Made by a program: the position numbers and the translations under genes
NCBI GenBank assembly: GCA_965242525.1
Contig: OZ251459.1
Location: 2,304,001 to 2,368,000, forward strand
Source: an uncultured Candidatus Binatia bacterium
GTDB lineage: Bacteria; Desulfobacterota; Binatia; UBA9968; JAJDTQ01
DNA length: 64,000 bases
Reading direction: 5' to 3'
Shown here: piece after piece, positions 28,901 through 37,512 of the stretch
Numbering within the stretch: position 1 is the stretch's first letter
How the letters are laid out: each line of letters begins with the position of its first letter
Notes under the pieces: model-generated
Database searches by the model: none
The model's input: only the letters and a program-made list of their open reading frames with translations
What the model was told of the DNA's origin: nothing

Positions 28901-31036
28901 ATGAACCAGTCGATACCATGACAGGTTGGAAGGCAGGTTCCACTCTTCCGGGATCATTGTCGGGTCGCTGACAAGGGTTGCAAAAATTTCTGACGCCTGA
29001 CGAACATCGACAACCATTACTGTTCTTATCAGATCGCATAACAGACGTGCGTTGTCAGAAAGAAGCAGGTTCGAGATTCGAGTGAGCAGATCTGAACCAA
29101 TTTCGGAATGGACGGGACTCAGCAGTACTGCTTGTCGCCATGAACCGTGCACCTCATCATGACTGAACTCCTTGAGCAGCGACTCCCATCGTGAGTTGTC
29201 TTCCTCACGCTCAAGAGCCATACGAGCGGCAAGCTCGAAGCCGCGCAAAATAGATGCTGGCGCCGGAAGTCCTGAGGGAAGCTCTTTCAACAACCTTGGT
29301 TCTGTAAAAAGAACGTTTGCAATAGCCCAATCACGGTATACGTCGTGGCGAAACGCCACTTGATCGCAGCCAAGGTCACGAAGCGTCTGGCTTCTGATGA
29401 GAGTATCGACCGCCGTCGCTGGAAGATGACTGACATCCATGGGTTCGTAGCGAACTAATGCCTTCCTGGCCAATTTTCTTAGTAGTCTAGCGCGATCCCT
29501 ATAGGTGCTGTCATCTTTCCTGCCATCCGCGGTATCCCACCAATCGCGAGCCATCTCCGCTTCCGTGCGCAGGCTTTCGGCTACTCCCGGTCGTTCAATC
29601 AGTCGAGCCAAGCGGAAAAGGTTTCTTGCGACAGGACGCGCCGGATGGTTCTCTGTCAGGAGCGGGGCGATTTCGGGGAGAGCTTTCCCCAACTCCTCGA
29701 TCTCCCCACAACTCAATTCTTCTATCACTACCGAGTCAACAGACCCGAGATCTTCCAAGCTTTGCGCGGGAAGCCAGTTCGGTTCTTCTTTCCCGAATTC
29801 CCTTCGAGCCGTGGCTATGACTTTGAATCCCGGCACTTTGGCGGCATCTCGGACGAGATCGACCACCGTCCGACGCTCATCTTCGGTGAAGAAGTCCACA
29901 CCGTCAAGGAAAAGTACCCCACCACCGCTACCAGCCAAATCCACAAGAAGCTCGCGGGCAGTCCCATCGAATCCGAGAATGGCCCTCATCGCCGTCCATC
30001 CTCCGCTGATGATGCGACGTGGGCTCAACACAATGACGTCGGATTCGGCAGACAGTCGTTCTGCAAAATGCTTCAACAAACCCGACTTACCGACACCGGC
30101 ATCACCACGGATTTCAACGTAACCTCCTTTGTCCAAAGCTGACCGGAGAGCATTCATCTGCTCTTCTCGTTTCAACTTGACGCCACCTACATCAACCAAG
30201 ATGTCAGCGAGCGCATTGCGGGAAGCTTCGGCAAGCGCCTTGCGAGCAGCCGCATACTCCAGGTTGCCAGCCAAGCGAAAGGAACGCCGTGTGACGTCTT
30301 CGACTAGGCGTTCACGAGTACGATCCCCTCCACTTGAAGCGACCTCTATCGCCAGTTCGGTCAAGTTATCTCGAAGCGCCCCTGCGCGCTGCGGATCCTT
30401 GAGGGCGCGAGCGGTGCGTTCCCTCTCCCATGCCTCCCATGCAGAACCTTGGGCTGTATAATCGAAAGTCAGGATCTGAAGTCTCGTCAGCAACCGCCAG
30501 ACATACTCGTCATCATCCTTCGCTTCAGCTTTCTTCAGGTTTGCTCTGAACGTATCGATGAAATGGCGCATGTCATCGTTGGCGGAACCTGGTCTCCTGA
30601 CCTTGGCCATGAACAATTCTGCAGAACTCGAATCTCGCGCCCAAGTCAATATGTCCTGGTAAGCGCCGTCGACCTTGTAGGAGTGCCGGGAAGTCGCGAT
30701 AGCCAACTCGTAGCGCTCATCAAAGAAACCTGCGCGTCCAGACGCCTCGGCAATTTGGGCTACGACTTTGTAAAACTCCCGATCCGACGGTGTGAACCTG
30801 ATCCCACGCTTGACCTGAATTTCGAGGGTGGCGCGTTTGCCGTGGAAGTCGTGGGCGTGAACGACGATATCGTCGAGTGCCCGGCCGTCCGCCGCTCCTT
30901 GAAACTGGACACGCTCGATCGTGGTGTCAGGCAATCCGCGAGGTTGAGCGCCGACCAACAACGACAACAGATAATGGGCGCCGACTTGCGCCTCGAAAAG
31001 AGAGCCTGCCGGCCCGCTGGATGAAGGGCTGTTCAT
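25910..31036 (-). CDS. Large STAND/NACHT-type NTPase with N-terminal PD-(D/E)xK (Cap4-like) nuclease; AVAST-like defence protein
   Basis: 1708 aa; LDDIVV...LEIQVK nuclease-like motif, Walker A GDAGVGKS, Walker B LFLDGVD, sensor VIATAR, long helical C-terminus; markedly lower GC. Confidence 0.75.
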   Translation of the reverse strand: MNSPSSSGPAGSLFEAQVGAHYLLSLLVGAQPRGLPDTTIERVQFQGAADGRALDDIVVHAHDFHGKRATLEIQVKRGIRFTPSDREFYKVVAQIAEASGRAGFFDERYELAIATSRHSYKVDGAYQDILTWARDSSSAELFMAKVRRPGSANDDMRHFIDTFRANLKKAEAKDDDEYVWRLLTRLQILTFDYTAQGSAWEAWERERTARALKDPQRAGALRDNLTELAIEVASSGGDRTRERLVEDVTRRSFRLAGNLEYAAARKALAEASRNALADILVDVGGVKLKREEQMNALRSALDKGGYVEIRGDAGVGKSGLLKHFAERLSAESDVIVLSPRRIISGGWTAMRAILGFDGTARELLVDLAGSGGGVLFLDGVDFFTEDERRTVVDLVRDAAKVPGFKVIATARREFGKEEPNWLPAQSLEDLGSVDSVVIEELSCGEIEELGKALPEIAPLLTENHPARPVARNLFRLARLIERPGVAESLRTEAEMARDWWDTADGRKDDSTYRDRARLLRKLARKALVRYEPMDVSHLPATAVDTLIRSQTLRDLGCDQVAFRHDVYRDWAIANVLFTEPRLLKELPSGLPAPASILRGFELAARMALEREEDNSRWESLLKEFSHDEVHGSWRQAVLLSPVHSEIGSDLLTRISNLLLSDNARLLCDLIRTVMVVDVRQASEIFATLVSDPTMIPEEWNLPSNLSWYRLVHWLLSYDEDLPILAIPRVVDLYVGWSRGSLGIDRFTPDILKRVYGWLSEIEAARNQPATSYNIKDLQRMRKLFRFPELFNGELEHEQVNRLESTLRDFFLCFCHRAPYLAARYLRSVPDHRDRHGSVSRIFKFSKPLAQAAPKELAELTMTVLMPDRPLDQRDTVRPWGLVGDEFMDPYPAPSLFLNILVSNPEIGRQLIRRVVDHSILFHFTNRPQDRDQIVVSLDGNTRVFPWLTSYEWSRDWGPGHPCVTAALIALEVWSHQRVESGEPVEKILSELFEATENPAAYLLLAVDILISHWPESRAAAEPFVGCPELLCLDYQRPERDCRSSDYVLISVLEEDLGVSTSILNSLKERPSRRASLVDLLRQYALVGPQESRDKITRLLGEAAEQLSPYEEQSDFSDPAFMVSHALNRLDSENWQKDSDPNLGDVYRYVSPPKEARHLKALREKFQDKVIEATLQVKILEALDDPSRSSIELAKAAAEWAQRAEMDFQDRDDGKWWPRQTIVAAALVVVRDGDPNLILRYGEWARSVFKKTLRDEAHFYLGVRPRIGSIPVAMVFAGFAYLLRRPMVLDEVKALLDLIVSFDDCVASAFNATSSHLAAIDERLLRAGLRLAFATCIRPAQRGVQTEEKRASQEEERLRQLRSTLDAELAWLGGEDIEPPWPRFPAPDSTPTNIPLEPLEALSRAIEYVDHYSAARWLKTVSGLFDVSSRPWLCGVVRHYSEWTALANASGWVPGSPLSHLMAWNEAYFGLLARCISDMDRDKIDKLVLTPIISLLDYPFYEVVTCVLRNVDAIYIDNGALEATQAVRLRTVFADRLTKCMGWRLLRQERSETIGGYALAGAIAAFFLHRYDPLAGSTHCSVSSANIDRLEPLGPILEQLTLGAPCLFVARLMLDLIELCPKAAYLHFILAATDSWLANQRDNALFWIDYNIGRRVCALIEAICERRPTIVAEDQLATARIHKILSELVAIGVPEAHRLERKLAADVDG

Positions 31037-31230
31037 CGTCCTAAACCAACCAAGTATACTGCCAAACCGATCCTTGAGATCCTATCTTCGAATCGAGAGA
31101 ATCCCGAGCCGAGTCACAGGTGTGTTCCCAAGGCTTGGCACCCGTCGATGGAAGAACCATAACCCCTTGTCGAAGCAGCGTCAAAGCGTGGCGATCTCCA
31201 GGCACCCGGTTGCCGCCGCGAACCGCCGTC

Positions 31231-34200
31231 CTATGCTCCGACCGCCCGCCGGCCGCCGCGGCCCCGGCGCACGTTGACCAAGGCGCGCAACCCCAGGTCC
31301 GCGAGGAAGACGCCCAGAGCCGCGGCCGCCACGGCCCACCAGATCCCCGCGGCTGCGCCTGCGGCCGCGGGGTCGGGGGTGAACAGGCGCTCCACGCCCT
31401 CCGACAGGTCTTCGTCGCGCAGCACTTCTCCGCCGGTCTGCCGGGCGAGCCGTTCCAGCAACTCGGTGTCGGCGTCCATTTCCCGGTACTCCCGGGAGAA
31501 GGGGACGATGAAAGGCACGGTGAGGGCCACGGGGGGCGCGCCGGACGGGCTCGGGGGCTGCTTCACGGTGAGCAGGTTGATGCCCCGGCGGGGGGTGGCG
31601 AAGGTCGTGCGGTAGCGGCCGGGGGCGACCTGGCGGAAGCTCTCCCGTTGCAGGGTCTCGTCGGACCGGGTCAGCAGTCCCTCCAGGTTCAGGTGGTTCA
31701 CCGGCCGCCCCGCGGGCGTGAACAGGTCCACCACCGCGCTCATGACGTCGCCCTCCCTCACGAAGTCGGTGCGGAGGCGGTGGTCGGAGACGTTCCGCAC
31801 CGCGAGCCGGGCCATCTGGGCGGCCCACCGGGGGAACGCCTCCCAACGCACCCAATGGCGCCCCCACCTGCCGGACACGTCCGAGGTGAACGCATGGACC
31901 CGCCCCAGGCCGTAACGCCAGGAGACCAGCAGCGGGTCCTCCCCCGCCAGCAGGTGGAGCTCCGCGCCGGGCTTGGCGTGGGTCAGGACGTAGCCCAGGA
32001 CCTGCGGCAGGGGCTCCGCGGCAAGACCGCGCATGGGTCCCGCGGAACCCGTGGCCGCGGGGGTCACGGTCTCCTCCACCAGGAGGTCCCGGGAGATGAG
32101 CAGCGTCTCGGTGGTGAATATCTGCGGGATGGTCCTCGGGTCCACGGTGGCGTAGCTCCTGCCGCTGCCGCCCTTGGCGAGCCGGGCCATGAAGCGCCGG
32201 TCGGCGTCGCCGCCGATGGACACGGTGGACACGGTGACCCGTTCCCCGGCCATGCGCCGCACCTGCTCCTCCAGCGCCCCCTTCTCGGTGAGCCCGTCCG
32301 ACAGCACCAGCACGTGCTTGATGGCAGCCTCCTTGGCCGAGAGCGCCCGGCCGCCCTCCACCATGGCCTTGAGCAGGTCGGTGCCCCCGTCGGAACTCAG
32401 GCGCGCCACGTCCTCGGCGATGCTCGCGCCGTCTCCCGCGGCCCGGAAGGGGACCACCCACTGCCAGTTGGAATCGAAGGCCAGGATGCCCACTTCGTCG
32501 GTGGGGTTGAGGAGCTCGGCCGACGCCATGGTGGCCGCCTTGGCCAGGTCCAGCTTGGTGGTCCCGGAGGGGCCGCCCCCCATGCTGCCGGACTTGTCCA
32601 CCACGAAGAGCAGCGCCACGTGCGGCATCTCCATGCGCACCGGGGGGCGCATCTCCACCGGCAGCGTCCGTTCCAGCGGCGTCCGGTAGTAGCCGCCGGC
32701 GCCGTAGCTCCGGGTCCCGCCCAACACGATGAGTCCGCCCCCGAGGTCGCGCACGAACCGTTCGACCCGCTCCATCTTCACTTGCGAGAGCCGGTAGGCG
32801 GGCACGTTGTCCAGGACCAACAGGTCGAATCCCGTCAGCTCGGGCAGGGTCAGGTTGGCCCGATCCGGGGTCTTCTCCACCACCTCGTACCCCTGGACCT
32901 GCAACGCTTCGGCCATGAAACGCCGGGGCGCGTCCGCGGCATGGAGGTAGAGGACCCGGGACGGCCCCTCGACGCTCACGATGCCCTGCAGCAGGTTGTT
33001 CTCCGCCAGCACGTCCGCGGCCGCGTCCACCACCAGCTCGTAGGTGTGGGCGCCCCGCTGCTCCACGCTGTCGGCGAAACTCAGGCGGTTGGCGCCGGGG
33101 GCCAGTTCCGTCCGCAGGGAACGGATCACGCGCCCGTCCCGCAGCAGGGTGACGCCCGCGGACGACTCCCGGGCGCTGTTCAAGGCGGCCTCGATCTCGA
33201 AGGTCTCGCCGCTGTCCACCACCGAGGGCACGGAGAACTCGGACAGATAGACCTCGTTCCTCCCCGCGGCAAGGCTCACCGGGTACGACCACACCGCCAC
33301 GCCGTGGGACCGGAGCAGGGGCAGCACCCGCTCCACCGAACCCCGGTTCTCGTTGGCGTCGGACACCAGCAGTATCCGGTTCTCGCGCTCCTCGCTCAAC
33401 TCTCCCAGCGCTCCCTGGAGGGCCGCGCCCAGGTCGGTGGCGTCGCGCTCCGGCGGCGGCGAGAGCCCGCCCGCGGGAAGCTCCCGGGTGGGCGGGAACT
33501 CCCATTGGGGACGGCGCGCGAAGGAGAAGAGGCCCAGGCGCACGTTGGGACCCGTGAGGCCCCGGGCGCGCTCCAGCACGTCCGCCGCCCGGGCCCGGGC
33601 TTCCTCTCCCACGCTGTGGGACAGGTCCACCGCCATCACCACGTCCAGCTCGGGGTCCTCGGCGAGGATGCGCGGGTTGGCCAGGGCCACCAGCAGCAGG
33701 GCCAGGGCGGGCGCCCGCAGCCACAGGGGGTAGAGCGACCCCCGGGCGCGGCACACCATCACGGCCTCGGCGAGCAGGAGGACCAGGGCCAGACCCAGCA
33801 GCGCCGGCCACAGGGGGAGGCGGGCGTCCCCCACCTCCGCCGGGGCCGGCTCCGAGTCCGCGGCCGCGGCGGCCTCCGGGCGGTAGGAGGGGCGGATGCG
33901 CGACTCTTCCTCGCTGAACAGGTTGACCGCGAACTCGCCTTCCCGGCGCTCGCCCCGGAACTGGTAGAAACCCACCTCATGGGTCTCGGCATAGACTCCC
34001 GCGCGCTCCCGGGTGCGGACCGGGCGGCTCGCGCCGGACGGGTTGACGAAGACCAGTCGCTCCTCTTCCACTCCCACGTCGGCCACGAAAGGCAGGCCCG
34101 CGGCCACCTGGCGGGCAGGGAACTCCCGGGCCGTGGGCCGGAACCAGGAGAAGGCGTTGCGCACCAGCAGCGGGAACGACACCCGGAAGGGGAGGTCCGA

Positions 34201-35592
34201 CCGGGTGAGGTCGAAGGCGAACACCAGCGCCTTGAGATCCCCCGACTCCACCGCATGGACCAGCGGTCCCCGCTCGGACCGGGCCAGGGTCACGCCGCTA
34301 TCGGCCACCAGCTCCAGCGCGTCCCGGACGTGGAGTCCGTCCAGCCGCACTCCCGCGGCCAGGGGATGGTCCGCGCCCCCGGACACCCGCGCCGGGCCCG
34401 GGGTGCTCCCGGCCACCCGCAGGGGCAGCCCCGGGGCCACCGTGCGCACCAAAATGAAGTTGCCGCTGGCGAGGGGCGGGGACGGCACCCGGTCCAGTAT
34501 CACCACGTCGTAGGCCGCCACCTGCTCGCTCACCCGGTCCACCGGGATGCGGTCGATGCGGGCCAGGGTCACGTGCGGGAAATACCGCAACAGGCGCTCC
34601 AAGTAGGGGTTGCCCGGGCCTGCGTACAGCACCCGGGTGGGGCGCTCGTCCGGGAAAGCCAGGAACGCGCGGTTGTCGGTGCGCAGGTGGTCGTCGATGG
34701 CCAGGAGCGCGGTGGCGCGCCCGCGCAGGGGTCCGGGGACGCCGTAGATGCGCACCTGCCGGGCGAAGGGGTCCAGGGACAGCAGCGTCCGGCTCACCAC
34801 CCGGTCGGACACCGTGACGATGAGGGGCGCGTGCACCGGCCGCTCGGTGAAGTTCTGCACCACCACCATGGCCTCGTACTCGTCGGCCCCGCCGGGCGCC
34901 CGGCGGAACTGGAAGCCCAGGATGCCCACGTTGTCGGCGCCGCCCCCGACCTGCACCAGGTCGAGGTAGGACGCCCCCCACGGAAGTTCCTCCACGCCCT
35001 CGAAGGCGCCGTCGGTGATGACCGCCACCCGGTTGGCCCCCCGGCGCTTGAGGAACGTGTGGGCCAGCAGCACCGCTTCCTTGACCGGCGCCTCGGCGTC
35101 GGTGGCGGCCAAGCGCTCGGCCGCGGCCCTGAGCTGCCCCCGGTCCCGGGTGAATGGCTGGACCACCCGGGGCTCCGCGGCCGCCCCGACGATCATCATC
35201 CGGTCGTTGGCGTCCAGGGCGTCGATGCGTCGGAGCAGCGCGGCCCGGGCCGCGTCCCAACGGGAGCCCGACTCCCCCGCGGCCTTCATGCTGGCGCTCT
35301 GGTCCACCACCGCCACCACGTCCCGGCCGGCGCTGCCCACTCCCAGGAGCGCGGGGCCGGCCAGGGCGGCCGCCAGGGCGAGGGCGGCCAGGAGTTGCAG
35401 GAGCAGCGGCAGGTTGCGCGGCCAGAGCCGGCCGAGCCGCCGGCCCACGGGCCGTTCCCGCAGCGCCTTCTCCAGCAGGAACAGCGCGGTGACCGGGAAC
35501 CGGGGGCCCCTGGGCCGGAGGCTGTTGAGCAGCAGGATGAGCGGGACCGCTCCCAGCAGGAAGAGGAAGGCCGCGGGAAAGAGCCACAGCAC
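31231..35592 (-). CDS. Multi-VWA membrane protein (BatA-like N-terminus, VWA domains, class-I GATase-like domain)
   Basis: N-terminal LLGAVPLILLL...LLLQLLAALALAAALAGP; MIDAS-like motifs DQSASM, DLSHSV and DKSGSM; ITDG, LSDG; internal and C-terminal TM helices. Confidence 0.85.
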   Translation of the reverse strand: MLWLFPAAFLFLLGAVPLILLLNSLRPRGPRFPVTALFLLEKALRERPVGRRLGRLWPRNLPLLLQLLAALALAAALAGPALLGVGSAGRDVVAVVDQSASMKAAGESGSRWDAARAALLRRIDALDANDRMMIVGAAAEPRVVQPFTRDRGQLRAAAERLAATDAEAPVKEAVLLAHTFLKRRGANRVAVITDGAFEGVEELPWGASYLDLVQVGGGADNVGILGFQFRRAPGGADEYEAMVVVQNFTERPVHAPLIVTVSDRVVSRTLLSLDPFARQVRIYGVPGPLRGRATALLAIDDHLRTDNRAFLAFPDERPTRVLYAGPGNPYLERLLRYFPHVTLARIDRIPVDRVSEQVAAYDVVILDRVPSPPLASGNFILVRTVAPGLPLRVAGSTPGPARVSGGADHPLAAGVRLDGLHVRDALELVADSGVTLARSERGPLVHAVESGDLKALVFAFDLTRSDLPFRVSFPLLVRNAFSWFRPTAREFPARQVAAGLPFVADVGVEEERLVFVNPSGASRPVRTRERAGVYAETHEVGFYQFRGERREGEFAVNLFSEEESRIRPSYRPEAAAAADSEPAPAEVGDARLPLWPALLGLALVLLLAEAVMVCRARGSLYPLWLRAPALALLLVALANPRILAEDPELDVVMAVDLSHSVGEEARARAADVLERARGLTGPNVRLGLFSFARRPQWEFPPTRELPAGGLSPPPERDATDLGAALQGALGELSEERENRILLVSDANENRGSVERVLPLLRSHGVAVWSYPVSLAAGRNEVYLSEFSVPSVVDSGETFEIEAALNSARESSAGVTLLRDGRVIRSLRTELAPGANRLSFADSVEQRGAHTYELVVDAAADVLAENNLLQGIVSVEGPSRVLYLHAADAPRRFMAEALQVQGYEVVEKTPDRANLTLPELTGFDLLVLDNVPAYRLSQVKMERVERFVRDLGGGLIVLGGTRSYGAGGYYRTPLERTLPVEMRPPVRMEMPHVALLFVVDKSGSMGGGPSGTTKLDLAKAATMASAELLNPTDEVGILAFDSNWQWVVPFRAAGDGASIAEDVARLSSDGGTDLLKAMVEGGRALSAKEAAIKHVLVLSDGLTEKGALEEQVRRMAGERVTVSTVSIGGDADRRFMARLAKGGSGRSYATVDPRTIPQIFTTETLLISRDLLVEETVTPAATGSAGPMRGLAAEPLPQVLGYVLTHAKPGAELHLLAGEDPLLVSWRYGLGRVHAFTSDVSGRWGRHWVRWEAFPRWAAQMARLAVRNVSDHRLRTDFVREGDVMSAVVDLFTPAGRPVNHLNLEGLLTRSDETLQRESFRQVAPGRYRTTFATPRRGINLLTVKQPPSPSGAPPVALTVPFIVPFSREYREMDADTELLERLARQTGGEVLRDEDLSEGVERLFTPDPAAAGAAAGIWWAVAAAALGVFLADLGLRALVNVRRGRGGRRAVGA

Positions 35593-35596
35593 GGGG

Positions 35597-36484
35597 CTAT
35601 CCTGTGCGCCGGGTCAGGTAGCGCAGCACGAACTCGTCGAACGGGACGTTGCTGGAGGCGCGCCGATATTCCACCGCCCGGCTCTCGCAGGACCGTTCCG
35701 CCGCGGCGAAGAACGCCTCCGCCTCCCGGTGGAACCGGTCCGCCAGGTCCCGGTCGAGGAACACCCGGCGTTCCCGGGCCGTCTCCACGTCCACCAGGGA
35801 GACGTCGCCGCCGGGGTCCAGCCGCGTCTCGTCCTCCCGGAGCACGTGGACCAGCACCACCTCGTGCCGCTTCCGCGTCAGCTCGTCCAGGGCCGCCCGG
35901 CAACCGGCAGGGTCCAGCAGGTCGGTGAACAGCACCACCAGCCCCGGCCTCGGGTAGCGCCGGACGAAGGTCTTCATGGAGGCTTCCAGATGGGTGCGCC
36001 CGGCGCACTGCAAGGCGGCGAGGAAGCCGAACAGGTCCAGCAGGTGGCGCCGGGTGCGCGCCGGCGGCAGGTGCGCCGCGGCGTCCTCGGCGAACCCCAC
36101 CGCGCCTACCCGGTCATGGGTCTTGAGGCCGATGTAGCCCAGGGCCGCGGCCACCCGCTTGGCGAATTCCAGCTTGGCGGGGGCGCCCTCGGCCATGGAA
36201 AGGCTCGTGTCCAGCAGGAGATATACGGTGGTCTCCTCCTCCGCGGTGAACACCTTCAGCAGCAGCCGCTCCAGGCGCCCATACACGTTCCAGTCCACGT
36301 AGCGCAGGTCGTCGCCCCGGCTGTACTTGCGGTAGTCGGAGAACTCCAGGCTGTAGCCCTTGCGGACGGTGGGGTGCTCCCCCCGGGCCATGCCCCATCC
36401 CAGGCGCTTGGCCACCAGCCGGAGCTTGTCCAGCCGGGCCAGGAAGTCGGGCTCCAGGAACCGGTGCGCCGGGGCCTCGGCCAT
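35597..36484 (-). CDS. DUF58 domain protein
   Basis: GYSLEFSDYRKYSRGDDLRYVDWNVYGR, LLDTSLSM; immediately downstream of moxR. Confidence 0.9.
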   Translation of the reverse strand: MAEAPAHRFLEPDFLARLDKLRLVAKRLGWGMARGEHPTVRKGYSLEFSDYRKYSRGDDLRYVDWNVYGRLERLLLKVFTAEEETTVYLLLDTSLSMAEGAPAKLEFAKRVAAALGYIGLKTHDRVGAVGFAEDAAAHLPPARTRRHLLDLFGFLAALQCAGRTHLEASMKTFVRRYPRPGLVVLFTDLLDPAGCRAALDELTRKRHEVVLVHVLREDETRLDPGGDVSLVDVETARERRVFLDRDLADRFHREAEAFFAAAERSCESRAVEYRRASSNVPFDEFVLRYLTRRTG

Positions 36485-37500
36485 CAGGGCAGGACCTCCG
36501 GCACCTGCTCCACCACATCGGCCACCACCCGTTCCGGGGCCACGCCGGAGGCGTCCGCGGCCAAGTTGAGCAGCAGCCGGTGCCGCAGGCTCGGCATCAG
36601 GTCCCGGCGAACGTCGTCGAACGAGACGTTGGGCCTGCCGGAGAGCAGCGCCCGGGCCTTGGCCGCCAGGATCACCGCCTGCAGGCCCCGGGGGCTGGCG
36701 CCGTACTGCACGTACTTGCGCGCGGTCTCGATGCTGTGCTCGGTCTCGGGATGGGTGGCCCTCACCAGGCGCACCGCGTAGTCCCGCACCGCGCCGGCCA
36801 ACGGCACCGCCCGGACCGCCTCGCGCATCCGCAACACCGACTCCGCGGCCAGCACCTTGGCCAGCCCCCCGGAAGGCGCGGCCGTGGTCAGCTCCGCGAT
36901 CCGCCCCATCTCGTCGTAGGAGGGGTAACGGACCACCAGCTTGAAGAAGAACCGGTCCACCTGGGCTTCCGGCAGCGGGTAGGTGCCCTCCATCTCGATG
37001 GGGTTCTGCGTGGCCAGGACCATGAACGGGCTGCCGATGGAGTGCGCCGCGCCGCCCGCGGTGACGCTCTGGTCCTGCATGGCCTCCAGCAGCGCCGACT
37101 GGGTCTTGGGGGTCGCCCGGTTGATCTCGTCGGCGAGCACGATGTTGGCGAACACCGGCCCCGCCTCGAACTCGAACACCTTCCTTCCCGCGGCGTCCTC
37201 GTTGACCACGTTGGTGCCGGTGATGTCCGCGGGCATCAGGTCGGGAGTGAACTGGATGCGCGAGAAGCTCAGGTCCAGGAGCTCCCCCAGCGAGCGCACC
37301 ATCAGGGTCTTGCCCAGACCCGGCACCCCCTCCAGCAGGCAGTGGCCGCCGCACACCAGCGCGACGAATATGCCCTCGATGAGCTCCTCGTGGCCCACCA
37401 CGGCCTTGCGCATCTCGCCCTTGACTTCCTCGAACGCGCGCCGGGCGCTCGCCATGCGGCGCCGGACCTCTTCGGTGTCGGTGGTTTCTTCCGGGGTCAC
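36484..37500 (-). CDS. MoxR-family AAA+ ATPase
   Basis: LLEGVPGLGKT, RIQFTPDLMPADITG, LADEINRATPKTQSALLEAM, ATQNPIEMEGTYPLPEAQVDRF, GASPR. Confidence 0.93.
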   Translation of the reverse strand: MTPEETTDTEEVRRRMASARRAFEEVKGEMRKAVVGHEELIEGIFVALVCGGHCLLEGVPGLGKTLMVRSLGELLDLSFSRIQFTPDLMPADITGTNVVNEDAAGRKVFEFEAGPVFANIVLADEINRATPKTQSALLEAMQDQSVTAGGAAHSIGSPFMVLATQNPIEMEGTYPLPEAQVDRFFFKLVVRYPSYDEMGRIAELTTAAPSGGLAKVLAAESVLRMREAVRAVPLAGAVRDYAVRLVRATHPETEHSIETARKYVQYGASPRGLQAVILAAKARALLSGRPNVSFDDVRRDLMPSLRHRLLLNLAADASGVAPERVVADVVEQVPEVLP

Positions 37501-37512
37501 ACAGGCTCCCTG

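Noticed and set aside
20229-31230. Prophage or ICE interpretation of the island
   Set aside because: No integrase, structural, replication or conjugation genes, and no att repeats were seen.
31120-35928. Very long opposite-strand or alternate-frame ORFs (e.g. 1602 aa here; also 55121..59227, 9411..12080, 6154..8595, 36580..39054)
   Set aside because: Shadow ORFs expected from high-GC codon bias; they are Arg/Gly/Pro/His-rich, have no recognisable motifs, and overlap well-supported genes.
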